In this document: positions 1 to 15,964 of the stretch, piece by piece
Layout: each line of letters opens with the position of its first letter
How positions within the stretch are numbered: position 1 is the first letter of the stretch
Origin: Macrostomum lignano
Taxonomy: Eukaryota
Direction: 5' to 3'
NCBI GenBank assembly: GCA_002269645.1
Contig: NIVC01001819.1
Span: forward strand, 51,605 to 115,604
Length of the DNA: 64,000 nt
Translations under genes and position numbers: made by a program
Notes under the pieces: model-generated
The model's database searches: none
The model's input: the letters and a program-made list of their open reading frames with translations, nothing else
What the model was told of the DNA's origin: nothing

Positions 1-662
1 ACGAAATTTAATTATCCAAAATTTCTCTGCCATGGAGTTCTTTGAACAGCATCTGGATTGGAGGCTTTCAATATTTGCTAAAGGCATTTTATATTTGAAC
101 ACTAAAGAGACAGGGCTTATTCTTACTTTCATAAGTAAAAATCAGATCTGGCTTTCCAGTACGCGCCATAAAAATAGAAATATAGCAATTCAATCTGTTT
201 CCTATCCAGATAGCTAGTTTTAGAAGGCCATGAGATTACGACGTCAAATTAGTAACATTTTTGCAGCCTTTACGTTGATGCATATATTTTTATGCATATA
301 TATTACATGACTCATATATATCTATGCATACAAAATGAGAAAGAGTTGATTGCACGCGATATGCTGTAAGATGATATCCATGAAGGCTGCTTTGCCTCGA
401 TCACGACAATGAAAATGATCGGATCAGAGAGAGCTTGGGAGCGAATCTGCAGAGTCTGGCCGTCATCAGCAACATGCGTGCTGCACATGGCTACTGGCGT
501 CAGTCGATTGCGATTCGAGCAGCAGGGAATCCGATGGCTTGAGCCGAGCTTGTTTCAGGTGAGACTTTGCGAAATTTTACGATTTTTTGCAATAATGATT
601 ATGATGTTTATTATTATTATTACTTAAATGCCTAAGACAGAAAAGATTTCGAATATGAACTC

Positions 663-1420
663 ATGAAGCTCAGACCCTTCACTGAGTCACCGCCAACCCT
701 AAACACAGCACCACTCAGACCCTTCACTGAGTCACCGCCAACCCTAAACACAGCACCACTCAGACCCTTCACTGAGTCACCGCCAGCCCTAAACACACCA
801 CCACTCAGACCCTTCACTGAGTCACCGCTAACCCCAACCACCCCACCACTCAGACCCTTCACTGAGTCGCCGCTAACCCCAACCACCCCACCACTCAGAC
901 CCTTCACTGAGTCGCCGCTAACCCCAACCACCCCACCACTCAGACCCTTCACTGAGTCGCCGCTAACCCCAACCACCCCACCACTCAGACCCTTCACTGA
1001 GGCACCGCCAGCCCTAAACACCCCACCACTCAGACCCTTCACTGAGGCACCGCCAGCCCTAAACACCCCACCACTCAGACCCTTCACTGAGTCACCGCCA
1101 GCCCTAAACACACCACCATTGAGACCCTTCACTGAGTCGCCGCTAACCCCAACCACCCCACCACTCAGACCCTTCACTGAGTCGCCGCTAACCCCAACCA
1201 CCCCACCACTCAGACCCTTCACTGAGTCGCCGCTAACCCCAACCACCCCACCACTCAGACCCTTCACTGAGTCACCGCCAGCCCTAAACACCCCACCACT
1301 CAGACCCTTCACTGAGTCACCGCCAGTCCTAAACACCCCACCACTCAGACCCTTCACTGAGTCACCGCCAGTCCTAAACACCCCACCACTCAGACCCTTC
1401 ACTGAGTCGCCGCCAACCTC
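663..1420. repeat. 45-bp minisatellite, ~17 copies, two unit subtypes
   Basis: CTCAGACCCTTCACTGAG recurs at 669, 714, 759 and onward (45-bp period). It explains ORFs 663..1442(+) and 632..1402(-). Confidence 0.95.
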
Positions 1421-1907
1421 AAACTCAAATTTATTTTTTTAAATCTGAAACACTTAAGCTCCAGAATTATATATTTCGGCAAATGAAGCAGTTTAGTATA
1501 GAAATAATATCAACTATAAGCATACTGAGCAGCTCACTAGGCTAAAGCCTATCCCATACCAAGGATTATAGAAGATAATAGGTTGGCAAACTCCAAATTC
1601 ATAAAAAAATTATATGCCAGATAAAAAGTCGAAATGAACTCCCAGCTGCCGCTGGGCTAGCTTATAGATTTCTCTTGCCTCAGTTAGAGAGCGGCTTCAC
1701 ATCCACTCCCAGCTAAGACTCTGCGAGCGCCTCTCGGGCTAGGATATTATAGGATGAGATTGCTTTAGGACCAGCTCAGGCTCTGGTATACAGCCCGGCT
1801 AAAAATAGCTTTTCTGTTCCATTCCTCCGCATGCACAGAATAGCGCCGTGGGATCAGGGAGCTGCGAGAGGAAAAACATTATCTTATTATTATCAAACAA
1901 GGCGAGG

Positions 1908-2278
<371 letters not shown>

Positions 2279-3352
2279 GATGACAGGTGAACGCTGGCAG
2301 AAAAAACTATAAGCATTACACCCTATTTCTGTCCTGCATCTTGGCAACCAAGCAGACACAGGATGAGGACTGGCTGGGTGGGAAGGCGAGAGGGCGTCAG
2401 GATGTAGCGGATGGGGATCAAGGGAAAGCGCGGTGAGCCCGGTTCACTTTGAGATAGTGGGGTTATTTTTCATCCTTAGAAATGGTAGGACACAAGCGGA
2501 CTGATGGGGAACAGAGGCTGGGCTGGGCGGTGGGGTGGGGGGGGCTCTTGTCTCTCTCCCAGCATTGCTCACCCTCCCCCTCTCCGCCTTTGGTCAGTTG
2601 ATTCCGCACTTCCGCAGCATCCGGACACAAACTCTCTGCGCACCTCTCCGCATCCCCCTTCCTCTCTCTCCCTCTCTCTCTCTCTCGCGTGTTCCTTCAA
2701 ATCCCTTCGATAGGTGGACGAGGCGAACCACTAGAAAATATTTTGCTTGCCCGCCACCACCGCTGCCCACCCCAGCGCCTGAGTCGGAGTTCCACCGCAC
2801 AGGCCAGGCTGAGGTGTGCTGTGAGATAGAGAGCGAGAGAGGGGCGAGAGGGCTACGGAGAGAGAAGGGCGAGAATTTCCTAACCCAAATTCCTCCCTCC
2901 CTCTGCAACCTCAGATCCCAACCCTGCCGACACCCTTCTCTCTCTCTCTCTTTTACTCTCTTCCCTCATTTTGCTGTCTTCTTTCGCTTCGTTCTTTCCT
3001 CTTTCTAAAGTTAATCGCTTCTTAGCTTAGGCCAGTGGTGCAGCTCCTAAAGACCCCAGTGTGACTTCCCTTTCTCTGTCTGTTCCCACGCTGAACTGCA
3101 TGCTACAGCGCTGCCAACCTGTGTGACTGTCTGCCCACCCGACCCGTCTGTAAAGCCGCGGAGAAGGTGCCGTCACTTGGCCCCCACCCGCGTGTTAGCG
3201 ATTAGCTTGGACACCGCTTGTCATCCAGCAGATAATTGAAAGAAGATGGTTCACAAGGAAGCCGTAGAGTTTCACTAGCAAATAGCCAGAGAGACGAAAT
3301 TTGAATTTTGGTCACTTGAAGCAGCAACAGCAACAGAAGCAACAGCACCATC

Positions 3353-3521
3353 ATGACTCGAGGCGGCGTAATGGACGCCGGCTTCGTGTTGAAGCTCGGC
3401 AGAATCTTCAAGACCCCCTACGGCGGTCACGGAGTTGATTTTATTGACCAGCTCAATTACCAGTTCACCGGAGGCCTGATGACCATATTTATAGTGATTA
3501 TTGGACTGCGGCAGTACGTTG
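3353..3521 (+). CDS. inx: Innexin A, coding exon 1 (N-terminus and TM1)
   Basis: Translates MTRGGVMDAGFVLKL...DFIDQLNYQFTGGLMTIFIVIIGLRQYV-G, matching the innexin D-x-x-D-x-LN and (K/R)QYVG motifs. Donor G|GTGAGT at 3521/3522, phase 1, 169 nt. Confidence 0.93.
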
Positions 3522-3668
3522 GTGAGTGCGGTGGTGACTGCCGGATATGGAGAACCTGAACTAATACCAGAGGCTCTCCCAATAATAGCTATGGGGGCAT
3601 GCCAATGCTTTGTTGCCCACCCCCCTAATCACCTTGTGACCCGTTATGAAAATAAATACTTTTGTTTC

Positions 3669-3942
3669 AGGGCGCCAAGATGAGTGCCTGCGGCGCTAAA
3701 ATGAGTGCCTGCGGCGCTAAAATGAGTGCCTGTGGCGCTAAAATGAGTGCCTGCGGCGCTAAAATGAGTGCCTGCGGCGCTAAAATGAGTGCCTGCGGCG
3801 CTAAAATGAGTGCCTGCGGCGCTAAAATGAGTGCCTGCGGCGCTAAAATGAGTGCCTGCGGCGCCAAAATGAGTGCCTGTGGCGCTAAAATGAGTGCCTG
3901 CGGCGCTAAAATGAGTGCCTGCGGCGCTAAAATGAGTGCTGA
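3669..3942. repeat. 21-bp minisatellite (GGCGCTAAAATGAGTGCCTGC), ~13 copies
   Basis: Direct reading; source of the GAKMSAC ORFs. Confidence 0.95.
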
Positions 3943-4781
3943 CAACACTGATTCTGAAAATAATGCACATGCAGGAATTTAGTCATGTAAGATTCTAGAT
4001 CTAAGAGAACAATATCTGGTTCTGAAACTAGATCGCATCTCACCCCAGAGCTAGATTAGACAAATTCTCGATGTGGGATTCGAGAGTTTGGGCTTGAAAA
4101 TAAATTTGGAATTAAAGCAACCCAGGTAATGGAATGGGAGATTCAGTCTGCAAAATAATAATTTTCGGTCAGACATCTAAGAGCCTGAGCACAACTGACA
4201 ACTGATAGAGCAGGCAGGCTCTGAGCCTCATCGAGTCCAGAATAAATGAGAAATTCGTCGACAAAAAACTGGAAAAGCAATCGAGCGGTTCTCGCCACTG
4301 AAACACCTGGGCAACAGATGGCCCGGCCTTGGGCTTTTCCAGCAGCTCAGAAACCTGACCTGGCATTGAGGGGCAGTTTAACTGACTGCTAAAAGGCACA
4401 AAGTTTAACTGAGATTTATCCAGAAAATTGAACCGAATCTAAAAAATAGAAATATTTCGCGTAGTGCATTTCTATACTGCTTCGGCTTAGCAACTTTTTT
4501 CTGTGTTTCATCATCGGTGGCTCCACGATCCCCTTTTCCTTCATCATTTTTTATCTGTCTCTGCTTTCCCATTAGCGCGCCCGTCAGCTGCTGCTCCCGG
4601 GGAGGCCGCCTTGAGGCTGATGAAAGATCTGTGAGTCTGGGAAGCTGGGACCACGCGAGCAGTTCCTTCATTATTTGCATTGGCCCTGGGTGCCTCAGCA
4701 TCATGCTTTTATCGGGAAACTGGGCTTCCGAATGGCAATGCTATCCATCAGCTGCTCCCGCTGAGCTGGTCTGTCTGTCTA

Positions 4782-5901
<1,120 letters not shown>

Positions 5902-6736
5902 CCCAATCAGATAAACACAGGAAACCGTGAGGCGCAACCGTGTTCTCAAGAATTAGCGCCATGAATAGACTGTGTGTGGTTGAACCTCAGAAGAAATAAT
6001 TAATTTTTCGCCTCTCATATTCTGGTCCGTCAGGGAACGGGATTTGGGCTTCACGCAATCGCCAAGTCAAGCAATCAGGGGATGGACTCTCTATTGAGTC
6101 TCTGGCCCCTTCCAACTGATTAATATTTGCACAATTCGCCACTTATCTCAGAGCATTGTCCCCGATCCTCGGACTGGAATCGCCTGCACAGAAGGCACGG
6201 CACGCAGACTTTTCGGGCAGTTTCTTCCCCTTTCCCGTGGCTCACAGGAGACCCGGGGCGGCCGAGGGCACAAAGCGGGGAATTAAAAGACAACAGAGGC
6301 GCGCAGTGCGGTCTCTCGCGCACTGTCAGGCAAAGAAAGTCGCGAGAATGTGGGAGCAGCGGAGGAAAAAATCAGTTTGCCAAGTTGGTGCTCAGTTTTT
6401 TTGCGGCTCTGCGCCGGGGCTAATCAAGGAATCTCGGCTTGGGGAAAATTGCGAAGGCAAAGGGATTCAAGGGAGGAGGCGGGCCTGATTTCTCGGTCCA
6501 GCAATTTCCCTGAGCGGGAGTTGCCCGCCCTGAGTCCAGCCGACTGCCCCTTAATACTCAACTGCGATGGGTATCTCTTTCATTTTGCTGCAGTCCGTCC
6601 CGCGGCTGCCTCGGACTCGACTGTGACAGGCCTTGCAGTTTATTCATCTCTTTATTGGCCCTGCTCAGCTTGGGGACTGTTTGGGTATGCTGCTTATCCT
6701 GCTCACATAACACAGGCTCTGAATAGGGCTTCTGTT

Positions 6737-6978
<242 letters not shown>

Positions 6979-7870
6979 ATTCCGCAGTCCTCAGCTCTGA
7001 TCAGCTCGCTGTGACTGACACGGCACCTTGATTTCCCTTGCCATGGAGGCCGCAGTGCCTGAATGACAGAACACTAACGAGCCAGAATTCCGTGCACACG
7101 CAAAGGAGGCAGCGGCTGCTCGGAGCGCTGCATTCCGCAGGCTGTTCGTAACGAAGCAAGGCTAAGGAAGGTGATTGACGACGTCTCCTCGAACTGAAAA
7201 GTCTGTCCAACCCTATTGATGACGCTTGTCAAAAAATGCAGTACAGCGGCCCGAATGCATAGAAATCGATGCTCTTCCCCTGTGGGGAACTCGATGGGCA
7301 AGGTTGCACTCGCTCGAGTATGGATTACTAAGAACGTCCTGGAAAAGAAGCTTTACAGACTAAGTACGAGTATATGCCGACGAGACAGAAAGGTTTCGCC
7401 AGTCAGTGTCCAACCCAGATGCCTAATTCTAGTTCTCCTTGACTGAAGTATTTAATATTTGTCTTTCCCACATGATGTACATACGAGGGTATACTTTTTG
7501 GCTTTCTTTAACTTTCTGAACCGCGCACCGTCTGAACTTAGGCGGGAAAAACCCCCGCGGTTAGAAAACCTGCGCAAGATTCTTCAGATAAAAATCTGAC
7601 CCAGAAATTCGACAAGATTTGACGTTGACACAGAAACAGACTACGACGAGGCGAAATCGAGAAAATGATTCTCTAGATTCGTTCATGACAGGCCCTCTGA
7701 TTTTTGCAGATCGGGTTTGGTGGGCAATTTTGTCGCCGATTCACTTACTTGTGTCGGTTGTTAATTTCCATCACACCATATGTACGTTTCCACTTCTCTC
7801 CACCTCTCACTGCTCTCTCCACAAGTTTCTACGTGTTTTTTCAACTCTACATGTCTCTATACAACTTTAA

Positions 7871-8393
7871 ACGTCTCTACACGTCTGTACACGTCTCTAC
7901 ACGTCTCTAAACGTCTCTGCACGTCTCTACACGTCTTTACACGTCTCTACACGTCTCTACACGTCTCTACACGTCTCTACACGTCTCTACACGTCTCTAC
8001 ACGTCTCTACACGTCTCTACACGTCTCTACACGTCTCTACACGTCTCTACACGTCTCTACACGTCTCTACACGTCACTACAGTCCCTAAACGTCTCTGCA
8101 CGTCCCTAAACGTCTGCACGTCTCTAAACGTCTCTGCTCGTCTCTAAACGTCTCTGCACGTCCCTAAACGTCTCTGCACGTCTCTAAACGTCTCTGCACG
8201 TCTCTAAACGTCTCTGCACGTCCCTAAACGTCTCTGCACGTCCCTAAACGTCTGCACGTCCCTAAACGTCTCTGCACGTCTCTAAACGTCTCTGCACGTC
8301 CCTAAACGTCTCTGCACGTCCCTAAACGTCTGCACGTCTCTAAACGTCTCTGCACGTCTCTAAACGTCTCTGCACGTCTCTAAACGTCTCTAA
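7871..8393. repeat. 10-bp (ACGTCTCTAC) array grading into a 20-bp dimeric unit (ACGTCTCTGC/ACGTCYCTAA)
   Basis: Direct reading. Confidence 0.93.
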
Positions 8394-10194
8394 AACTTCT
8401 TTAACACCTCTCGACAGTCTTCACATGCAAATGCCTCTTAGCATTTCTACATATTTCTCCCCTTATTATTACTCGGTACAACGAGCTGTTTACAACAATA
8501 TTTCGCATCAGTGAGCCACATGCTGAGCTTTCAATACGCCGTCAATCTTTCTTCCGAGTCAGGACTCGCCCTTGGTTTGGCTATTTTTTACTAGAAATTT
8601 CTGTTCTCAATAAGAACAGCTCAGGAGGCTTAAAAAGAACAGTAAAAATAGGTCAATTCACGAAGAGCCATTAATAACGGCTCCATGAGCTCAACTCATT
8701 TGGGACCCACTCTCGATCAATCCGCGAGCTTTCAATCAAGCTATTTCGCGTTCCTATTCATCCGACCTCATTCAAAACGCTATACTCCGGAAGTCCTGCT
8801 CTGGGGCCGAGAATCCCAACTCCAACTGTTTTCTATTAAAAACTTCCTTTAAAACTTCCTCTGTAGAGTTTCGATTCGATTACTCAAGTCTGCAGTCGCA
8901 TTACACTTTAGCCATGCAGAGCTGTTTTGCAAAGCAGAACTGAGCAAAAACCTGAGCAGCTGAATTAGGCATGTAGCTAGAGCTTATGCAGTAGCTAAAA
9001 GTGGAGTAGCTAGCTAGACTCTTTTTGTGTTCCGGAAGTCGACCTACTCGACGCCGTGTGTGAAGGATGCCTATACTACACTGTAGGTTCTTGTTCAACA
9101 TCTTCTACACCATAGCTGGTTCACCCGAATCCCTCCAATCTCCCTCTTTTCCTCTCCCTCTGCCCTGCATGGCTGTTTCTATCTGAATTATTAACCGGAT
9201 GCCAAAGTCCAGCTCCCTGTAGAGCTAAAGGAAGTCCCGAGAAAAATGAGTCCGACACGAGAGAGAGGGAGAGCTGGAACTCAAAAGTAGCAAAGCAGCC
9301 GTTGCAGCATCAGAGCCATGGCGGCTATACGCGGCGGAAGAGAACATCCCACCCTGACTGCCAATGTTTGGCTACAGTTTTTTCTCGGGGGTCCCTGCTA
9401 GCAGAAAAAGAGCCAGCAGATGGATTAATGTAGGAAGCGCTTGTCCAGAATATTTGTTCCGCCTCCTGCCCAAGATTAATGACTGATTTAGCTAGTTCAA
9501 TAGAGATTGCGAAAATTGTTACGGTATAAAATATCTGCAATTACTACAATATATTGTAGAAACTAGAATAACGTACTAGAATTACGTCTTTCAAAATAAA
9601 AACTGTTTGAGTAGTTATATTCAGCTACCGCAGTTTCTGTATTAAAACAAATTAATTTTAAAAACAAACAAAAGCCAGACGATCGTATTTAAAAATATTT
9701 ACGGTCGTAAAAGTATGTATTTACGTATTATTAATATACAAGCGTAGATCGATAGTAAATCCTTTGTATTGATAGGAAAATCAACTTGAAATACCTAAGA
9801 AGTTCTGCATAATTACCTAATTTTCTGATAAAATTTTATATATTTACAATTACAATAAATTGACAATTACATAGCTACAAAATTGCAATAAACCAAAGGT
9901 CAAACATTTTACTTTAAATCGAAATATAAAAAACAAAAAAGTAATTACAGCTAGATTGTAAAACTTGACCAAATCCGCTCCTCGAATAGTAAATTTGTTT
10001 ATTTGCAATGTTTATCATTATTTAAAACAAAACCTTAACTATTTGCTTTAATTATAAAAAAATTGATTTGTCCGCATACATTTTAGTTCTAATTTATATT
10101 TACTTGATTTATCTTTTAAATTCTAATATTAATTGATTATTGAGTGATATTAATACTAATTCAAATATTCCTAACGCATCAAACCCGCATTCAG

Positions 10195-10831
10195 GCAAAC
10201 CAATTCAATGCTGGGTGCCGCAAGAGTTCTCCAAAGCTTGGGAAGACTTCGCCGAGAACTACTGCTGGGTGTCGAACACCTATTTCCTCATGGCTAGCGA
10301 CGATATTCCAATCAATGCGAAGGAAGTAGCCAAGGTGCAGCACCTCACCTATTACCAGTGGGTAGCCATAGTGCTAGCAGGCCAGGCTATGCTCACCTGG
10401 GTGCCCCATCTCATCTGGCGAGTTGGCGCCCGCCGTCTGCCAATTCTGATTAAGAACGCCAGGAGTGCAGCCGTGCCAGACACCGACCTGCGACGCAAAG
10501 CGGTCCAGTGTCTGGTGGCGGCGCTGGAAGAACAGGCGGAGGCGGCCAACAGGCATCGGAGACTGAGGAACACGGTTGAGAAGTTTCTATTCTGCCTTAA
10601 TCCGACAATGCGACTCACGCTGCTGTTCGTGATGGTCAGGCTGATGTTCATCGGCAACGCTATTGGCCAAATCTACCTCATGCGGCAGTTTCTGGGCACC
10701 AAGTCTGTACTTTTTGGATACGAAGTTCTTACTAAGCTGATTGCCGGCGAGGAGTGGCAGAGCACTGGCCACTTTCCCAGGGTCACCTACTGTAGGATAC
10801 CGATTCGAAAGCTGGGAATCAAGAGCGAGAC
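10195..10831 (+). CDS. inx: Innexin A, coding exon 2 (EL1, TM2, cytoplasmic loop, TM3, most of EL2)
   Basis: Acceptor TTCAG|GC at 10194/10195. Contains GKPIQCW, ENYCW, YYQW and FPRVTYC. Donor AC|GTGAGT at 10831/10832, phase 2, 637 nt. Confidence 0.95.
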
Positions 10832-11504
10832 GTGAGTATTGTACGCGATTCATATGCGTTTGCTGGTGGGAATTGAAGCCTTAGTGAAGTCTTTATAACA
10901 AATGAGACTGCACAATTGCATGGAGATAGAGGAGGACATTGGACTAAAGCGAATAAGAGGGGTGGATAGAGGGGCGGGTCGAGGGGCGGGTAGAGGGTGG
11001 GAAGAGGGGCGGGAAGAGGGGTGGGAAGGGTGGGAAGAGGGGTGGGAAGAGGGCAGGAAGTAAGTTAAGATGATTTACACAGAAATTTTTACCAATTAGC
11101 TTTACAACATTCTTAGCAAATCTAAAGTCCGTATAGAGTTTCTAGGCATTTTTAATATTCATAAATATCGATTCCTTTCCCAACAAGCCAGGTGGGAACA
11201 GCCACTATAAAATTCTCTCAAGAAATCCCAGGTAGAGTTTCCCAAGAAATCAGCCTCTGAAATCAGAAATTCTAGCAGCAAACTTAAGGAGTTTTTCTAT
11301 AGTTCTAATTATTGCTATTCACCAATCGTGAGAGCGTAGCAACTAACTGGATTCTGACACGACCCCCGCACTTCAGCTCCGCCCCATATCTCTGCTTTTA
11401 AACGATCTTCTTTCGTCTCTTTTCATTTGTAAAATTGTCACGTCTTCTCTGGCTACCCGGGCGGCCTGGGTAAAAAAGGATTTGCAATCTTCAGAGGGCT
11501 ACAC

Positions 11505-11507
<3 letters not shown>

Positions 11508-11565
<58 letters not shown>

Positions 11566-12700
11566 AAGAGAGAGAGAGAGAGAGAGGACAGCAATCTAGC
11601 TCAGCTTTTTCATCTTTTTTACAAAAAGTTAAAGCCTGAAAGTTAATTTGAGCTTCTTTTGCGAAAAAGCAGAAAAAAGCAGAAAAAAGCAGGCTACTCA
11701 ACCGTTTATCCTCTCGTTTTTAAGTTGCCCTGTCGGAAGCCGCTGACTCTGGAACCCCTTGATCTTTATCGATTCTCCTGTGCAACCATTCCTTTCCCAA
11801 CCTTCTCCCTCTCCGTCTCTCTCTCTCCTCTCTCCCTCTCTCCTCTCTCCCTCTCTTCTCTCTCCCTCTCTTCTCTCTCCCTCTCCCTCTCCCTCTCCCT
11901 CTCTCCCTCTCCCTCTCTCCCTCTCTTCTCTCTCCCTCTCCCTCTCTCCTCTCTCCCTCTCCCCTCTCTCCCTCTCTTCTCTCTCCCTCTCCCTCTCTCC
12001 TCTCTCCCTCTCCCCTCTCTCCCTCTCTTCTCTCTCTCTCCTCTCCCTCTCCCTCTACCTTTCCCTCTCTTTTTCCCTCTCTCTCTCCTCTCTCCCTCTC
12101 CCTCTCCCTCTCCCTCTCTTTTTCCCTCTCCCTCTCTCCTCTCTCCCTCTCTTCTCTCTCCCTCTCCCTCTCTCTCTCTTTTTCCCTCTCCCTCTCTCCT
12201 CTCTCCCTCTCTTCTCTCTCCCTCTCCCTCTCCCTCTCCCTCTCTCCCTCTCCCTCTCTCCCTCTCTTCTCTCTCCCTCTCCCTCTCTCCTCTCTCCCTC
12301 TCCCCTCTCTCCCTCTCTTCTCTCTCCCTCTCCCTCTCTTCTCTCTCCCTCTCCCTCTCTCCTCTCTCCCTCTCCCCTCTCTCCCTCTCTTCTCTCTCCC
12401 TCTCCCTCTCCCTCTCCCTCTACCTTTCCCTCTCTTTTTCCCTCTCTCTCTCCTCTCTCCCTCTCCCTCTCCCTCTCCCTCTCTTTTTCCCTCTCCCTCT
12501 CTCCTCTCTCCCTCTCTTCTCTCTCCCTCTCCCTCTCTCTCTCTTTTTCCCTCTCCCTCTCTCCTCTCTCCCTCTCTTCTCTCTCCCTCTCCCTCTCCCT
12601 CTCTTTTTCCCTCTCCCTCTCCCTCTCTTCATCTCCGTCTCCGTTTCACTCTCCATCTCACTCTACCTCTTCCTCTTCTCTCCCTCTCCTTTGCTCTCTC
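11508..12700. repeat. (GA)n tract followed by a ~0.9-kb degenerate (CT)/(CTCTCC)n polypyrimidine tract
   Basis: Direct reading: GA at 11508-11585, CT-rich at 11806-12700. Confidence 0.95.
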
Positions 12701-13239
12701 TCCTTTCTCTCCCAATCTTTTTACTACAAGCATATCAATTACCAAATCACACGATAAACGAACTCAAAAGGACACTCTACCGTCCAGGTAGCTGCAGAGC
12801 AAGCAGACAGAGAAATGGGACTGGGGGGATTAGAGGATGACTGATCCCCGCGGCCTCTGAGGCGAATAGACAGTCGACTGAGAGACAAACAACATTTTTA
12901 GGGAAATGGAATTAGGAGATTGGGCTGCCTCATCATTCAGTCGATCAGTTCGGGTTGTCTCCCCGAAACCTCATTCTCTCCTAATCCAGGTTGGGGCCCG
13001 CCAAAAGAGATAGAGCTCTGCTCAAATCCCCTGGAGAATATTTTCGGCTGAAGATAGGTACTGACTGTATTGGGCAGCAGAATGGGGAGTAATTAATTTG
13101 CTCGCGAATGGGAAGGCAGCACTCGCTGAGCTATTCTTTGTTAATCCCCTCTAGTTTTCTCTTCGTATGGCTCATTCTTACCTTTTTTTCAATTTTGCAT
13201 TTCTTTGCAGATTTCTATCTATCTTTGCACTTTATCAAT

Positions 13240-13920
13240 GCAGATTTCATTCTTCCCATTGCAGATCTCATTCTCTCTCCTCTTCCCATTGCAGATCTCA
13301 TTCTCTCTCCTCTTCCCATTGCAGATCTCATTCTTCCCGTTGCAGATCTCATTCTTCCCATTGCAGATCTCATTCTTCCCGTTGCAGATCTCATTCTTCC
13401 CATTGCAGATCTCATTCTTCCCATTGCAGATCTCATTCTTCCCATTGCAGTTCTCATTCTTCCCATTGCAGCTCTCATTCTTCCCATTTTAGATCTCATT
13501 CTTCCCATTGCAGATCTCATTCTTCCCATTGTAGATCTCATTCTTCCCATTGTAGATCTCATTCTTCCCATTGTAGATCTCATTCTTCCCATTGCAGATC
13601 TCATTCTTCCAATTGTAGATCTCACTCTTCCCATTGCAGATCTCATTCTTCCAATTGTAGATCTCATTCTTCCCATTGCAGATCTCACTCTTCCCATTGC
13701 AGATCTCATTCTTCCAATTGTAGATCTCATTCTTCCCATTGCAGATCTCATTCTTCCCATTGCAGATCTCATTCTTTCCATTGTAAATCTCATTCTTCCC
13801 ATTGCAGTTCTCATTCTTCCCATTGCAGATCTCATTCTTTCCATTGTAAATCTCATTCTTCCCATTGCAGTTCTCATTCTTCCCATTGCAGATCTCATTC
13901 TTCCCATTGCAGATCTCATT
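13240..13920. repeat. 21-bp minisatellite (GCAGATCTCATTCTTCCCATT), ~32 copies
   Basis: Direct reading; source of the IADLILP and SHCRSHS ORFs. Confidence 0.95.
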
Positions 13921-14027
13921 GCCCCCATCAACTTTCTAAAAATATAGCAGAATTTTTTCGAAATGTACTTTTTGCCTTTTTATTGAATTCTATGATAAAT
14001 ACACAACAACTGTTTCTCAACCCGCAG

Positions 14028-14436
14028 GTACACAGTCCAATGCGTACTACCAATCAATCATTTCGTTGAAAAGGTGTACATTTTCCTGTGGTTCTGGTTC
14101 CTCTTACTGGCCGGCCTCACCCTACTAAACACGTTCTATTGGGTCTTCAAGACCTTGATTCCCGCCAGCAGAGTCGCCTTCATCAAGCAGTACCTCAGAG
14201 CCATGCGACTCATATCCAACACCGAGGAGAGAGACTGCGCTAAGTTTGTGAACTTCAGTCTTGGAGCTGATGGGGTGTTCATCCTGCAGGCCGTGTCCAA
14301 CCTGGCCAGCGACCTCATCGCCTTGGACGTTGCCACCACAATGTGGAAGAATTATCGACAAGCCAAGATCACGGGAACGGAGGATGATATCAACAGACTG
14401 CTGGAGAGTGTCAACAGAGGCAGCAGCTCCGTGTAG
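14028..14436 (+). CDS. inx: Innexin A, coding exon 3 (end of EL2, TM4, C-tail)
   Basis: Acceptor CCCGCAG|G at 14027/14028. Translates T-YTVQCVLPINHFVEKVYIFLWFW...GADGVFIL...GSSSV*. Exon sum 169+637+409=1215 nt, giving 404 aa with an intact frame. Confidence 0.95.
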
Positions 14437-14571
14437 ACACCTTGTCAGAGCAGTTTGACTATAATTAGTCAGTTCGGTAAATCAAATCCAATTCAAAATT
14501 GCATTAAAAAGGGCATTGTTAAATCGTCTTTGAAGCACTATTGAAATATGTTTTATCACTTGATAATTATA

Positions 14572-15156
<585 letters not shown>

Positions 15157-15964
15157 GTCGTTAGTCCGAATCGAGCTCCGATGCTGTACTTTGCCATGAC
15201 GGACATCCTGCGCTTCTAAGATGTTAGCGAATTTGAATTCGATTTCATTTACCGAACAAAATTTTACCTTAGATAAATCAGATATGCACTTTTATATCTA
15301 TTAAAACAATTAACAAAAAAGGATCTAATATTTTTGTATAAAACTATTTTCATATTTTAGTAAGATTCTTTGTCTCGTTTCTGTGTACAGTCTGTTTGTA
15401 AAATATTGGCGTATTTTTGTGTGTTTGTTTTAATCAGTGATTTTGCACACGACGGGTGTCTGATGCCGGCAGTAACTTACGCGTATGATGTACAAATGTT
15501 TGTTGTTAGTGAAGCACAATATATATTAGCTAATGAAGCATAGTCTTGAATTTAATTTAATTTGTATGACGATTCATAGCGATATCAATGAAAATGGCAG
15601 ACTACTAATGGCAGACTACTAAGTTATTAAAGTAACTTTCTTGTCGGTTTTACTAGCCATTACGTAATAGCTATATTTTTCTGACATTATTAAACGTACA
15701 TAATTTTACCAGTATTCCAGCACTTGAAATGATTGATCAGTTGGCACTCAAAATTAGTAATCGCACTTAATAACGTTCTCGTGAAACAAACAAATAATTT
15801 TATGGTATATCATTTATCGTGTAAAATTAACTGCGTTCATTTTGTATTTTAACAAAAACTTACATGTTTTTGATTTCACTTATTAGTTATGGAAATTATG
15901 CATAACTAATTTTGTTTTATTCGTTAGAATAGCAGTTTTGCTATTTACAAAATGTGTATTTTCG

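Noticed and set aside
409-627. Possible exon ending at CAG|GTGAGA (~560)
   Set aside because: No recognisable protein in any frame and no partner exon identified
663-1442. 259-aa mucin-like Pro/Thr/Ser ORF as a gene
   Set aside because: No signal peptide or non-repeat domain. The reverse strand is equally open, as expected for a 45-bp unit. Kept only as a repeat.
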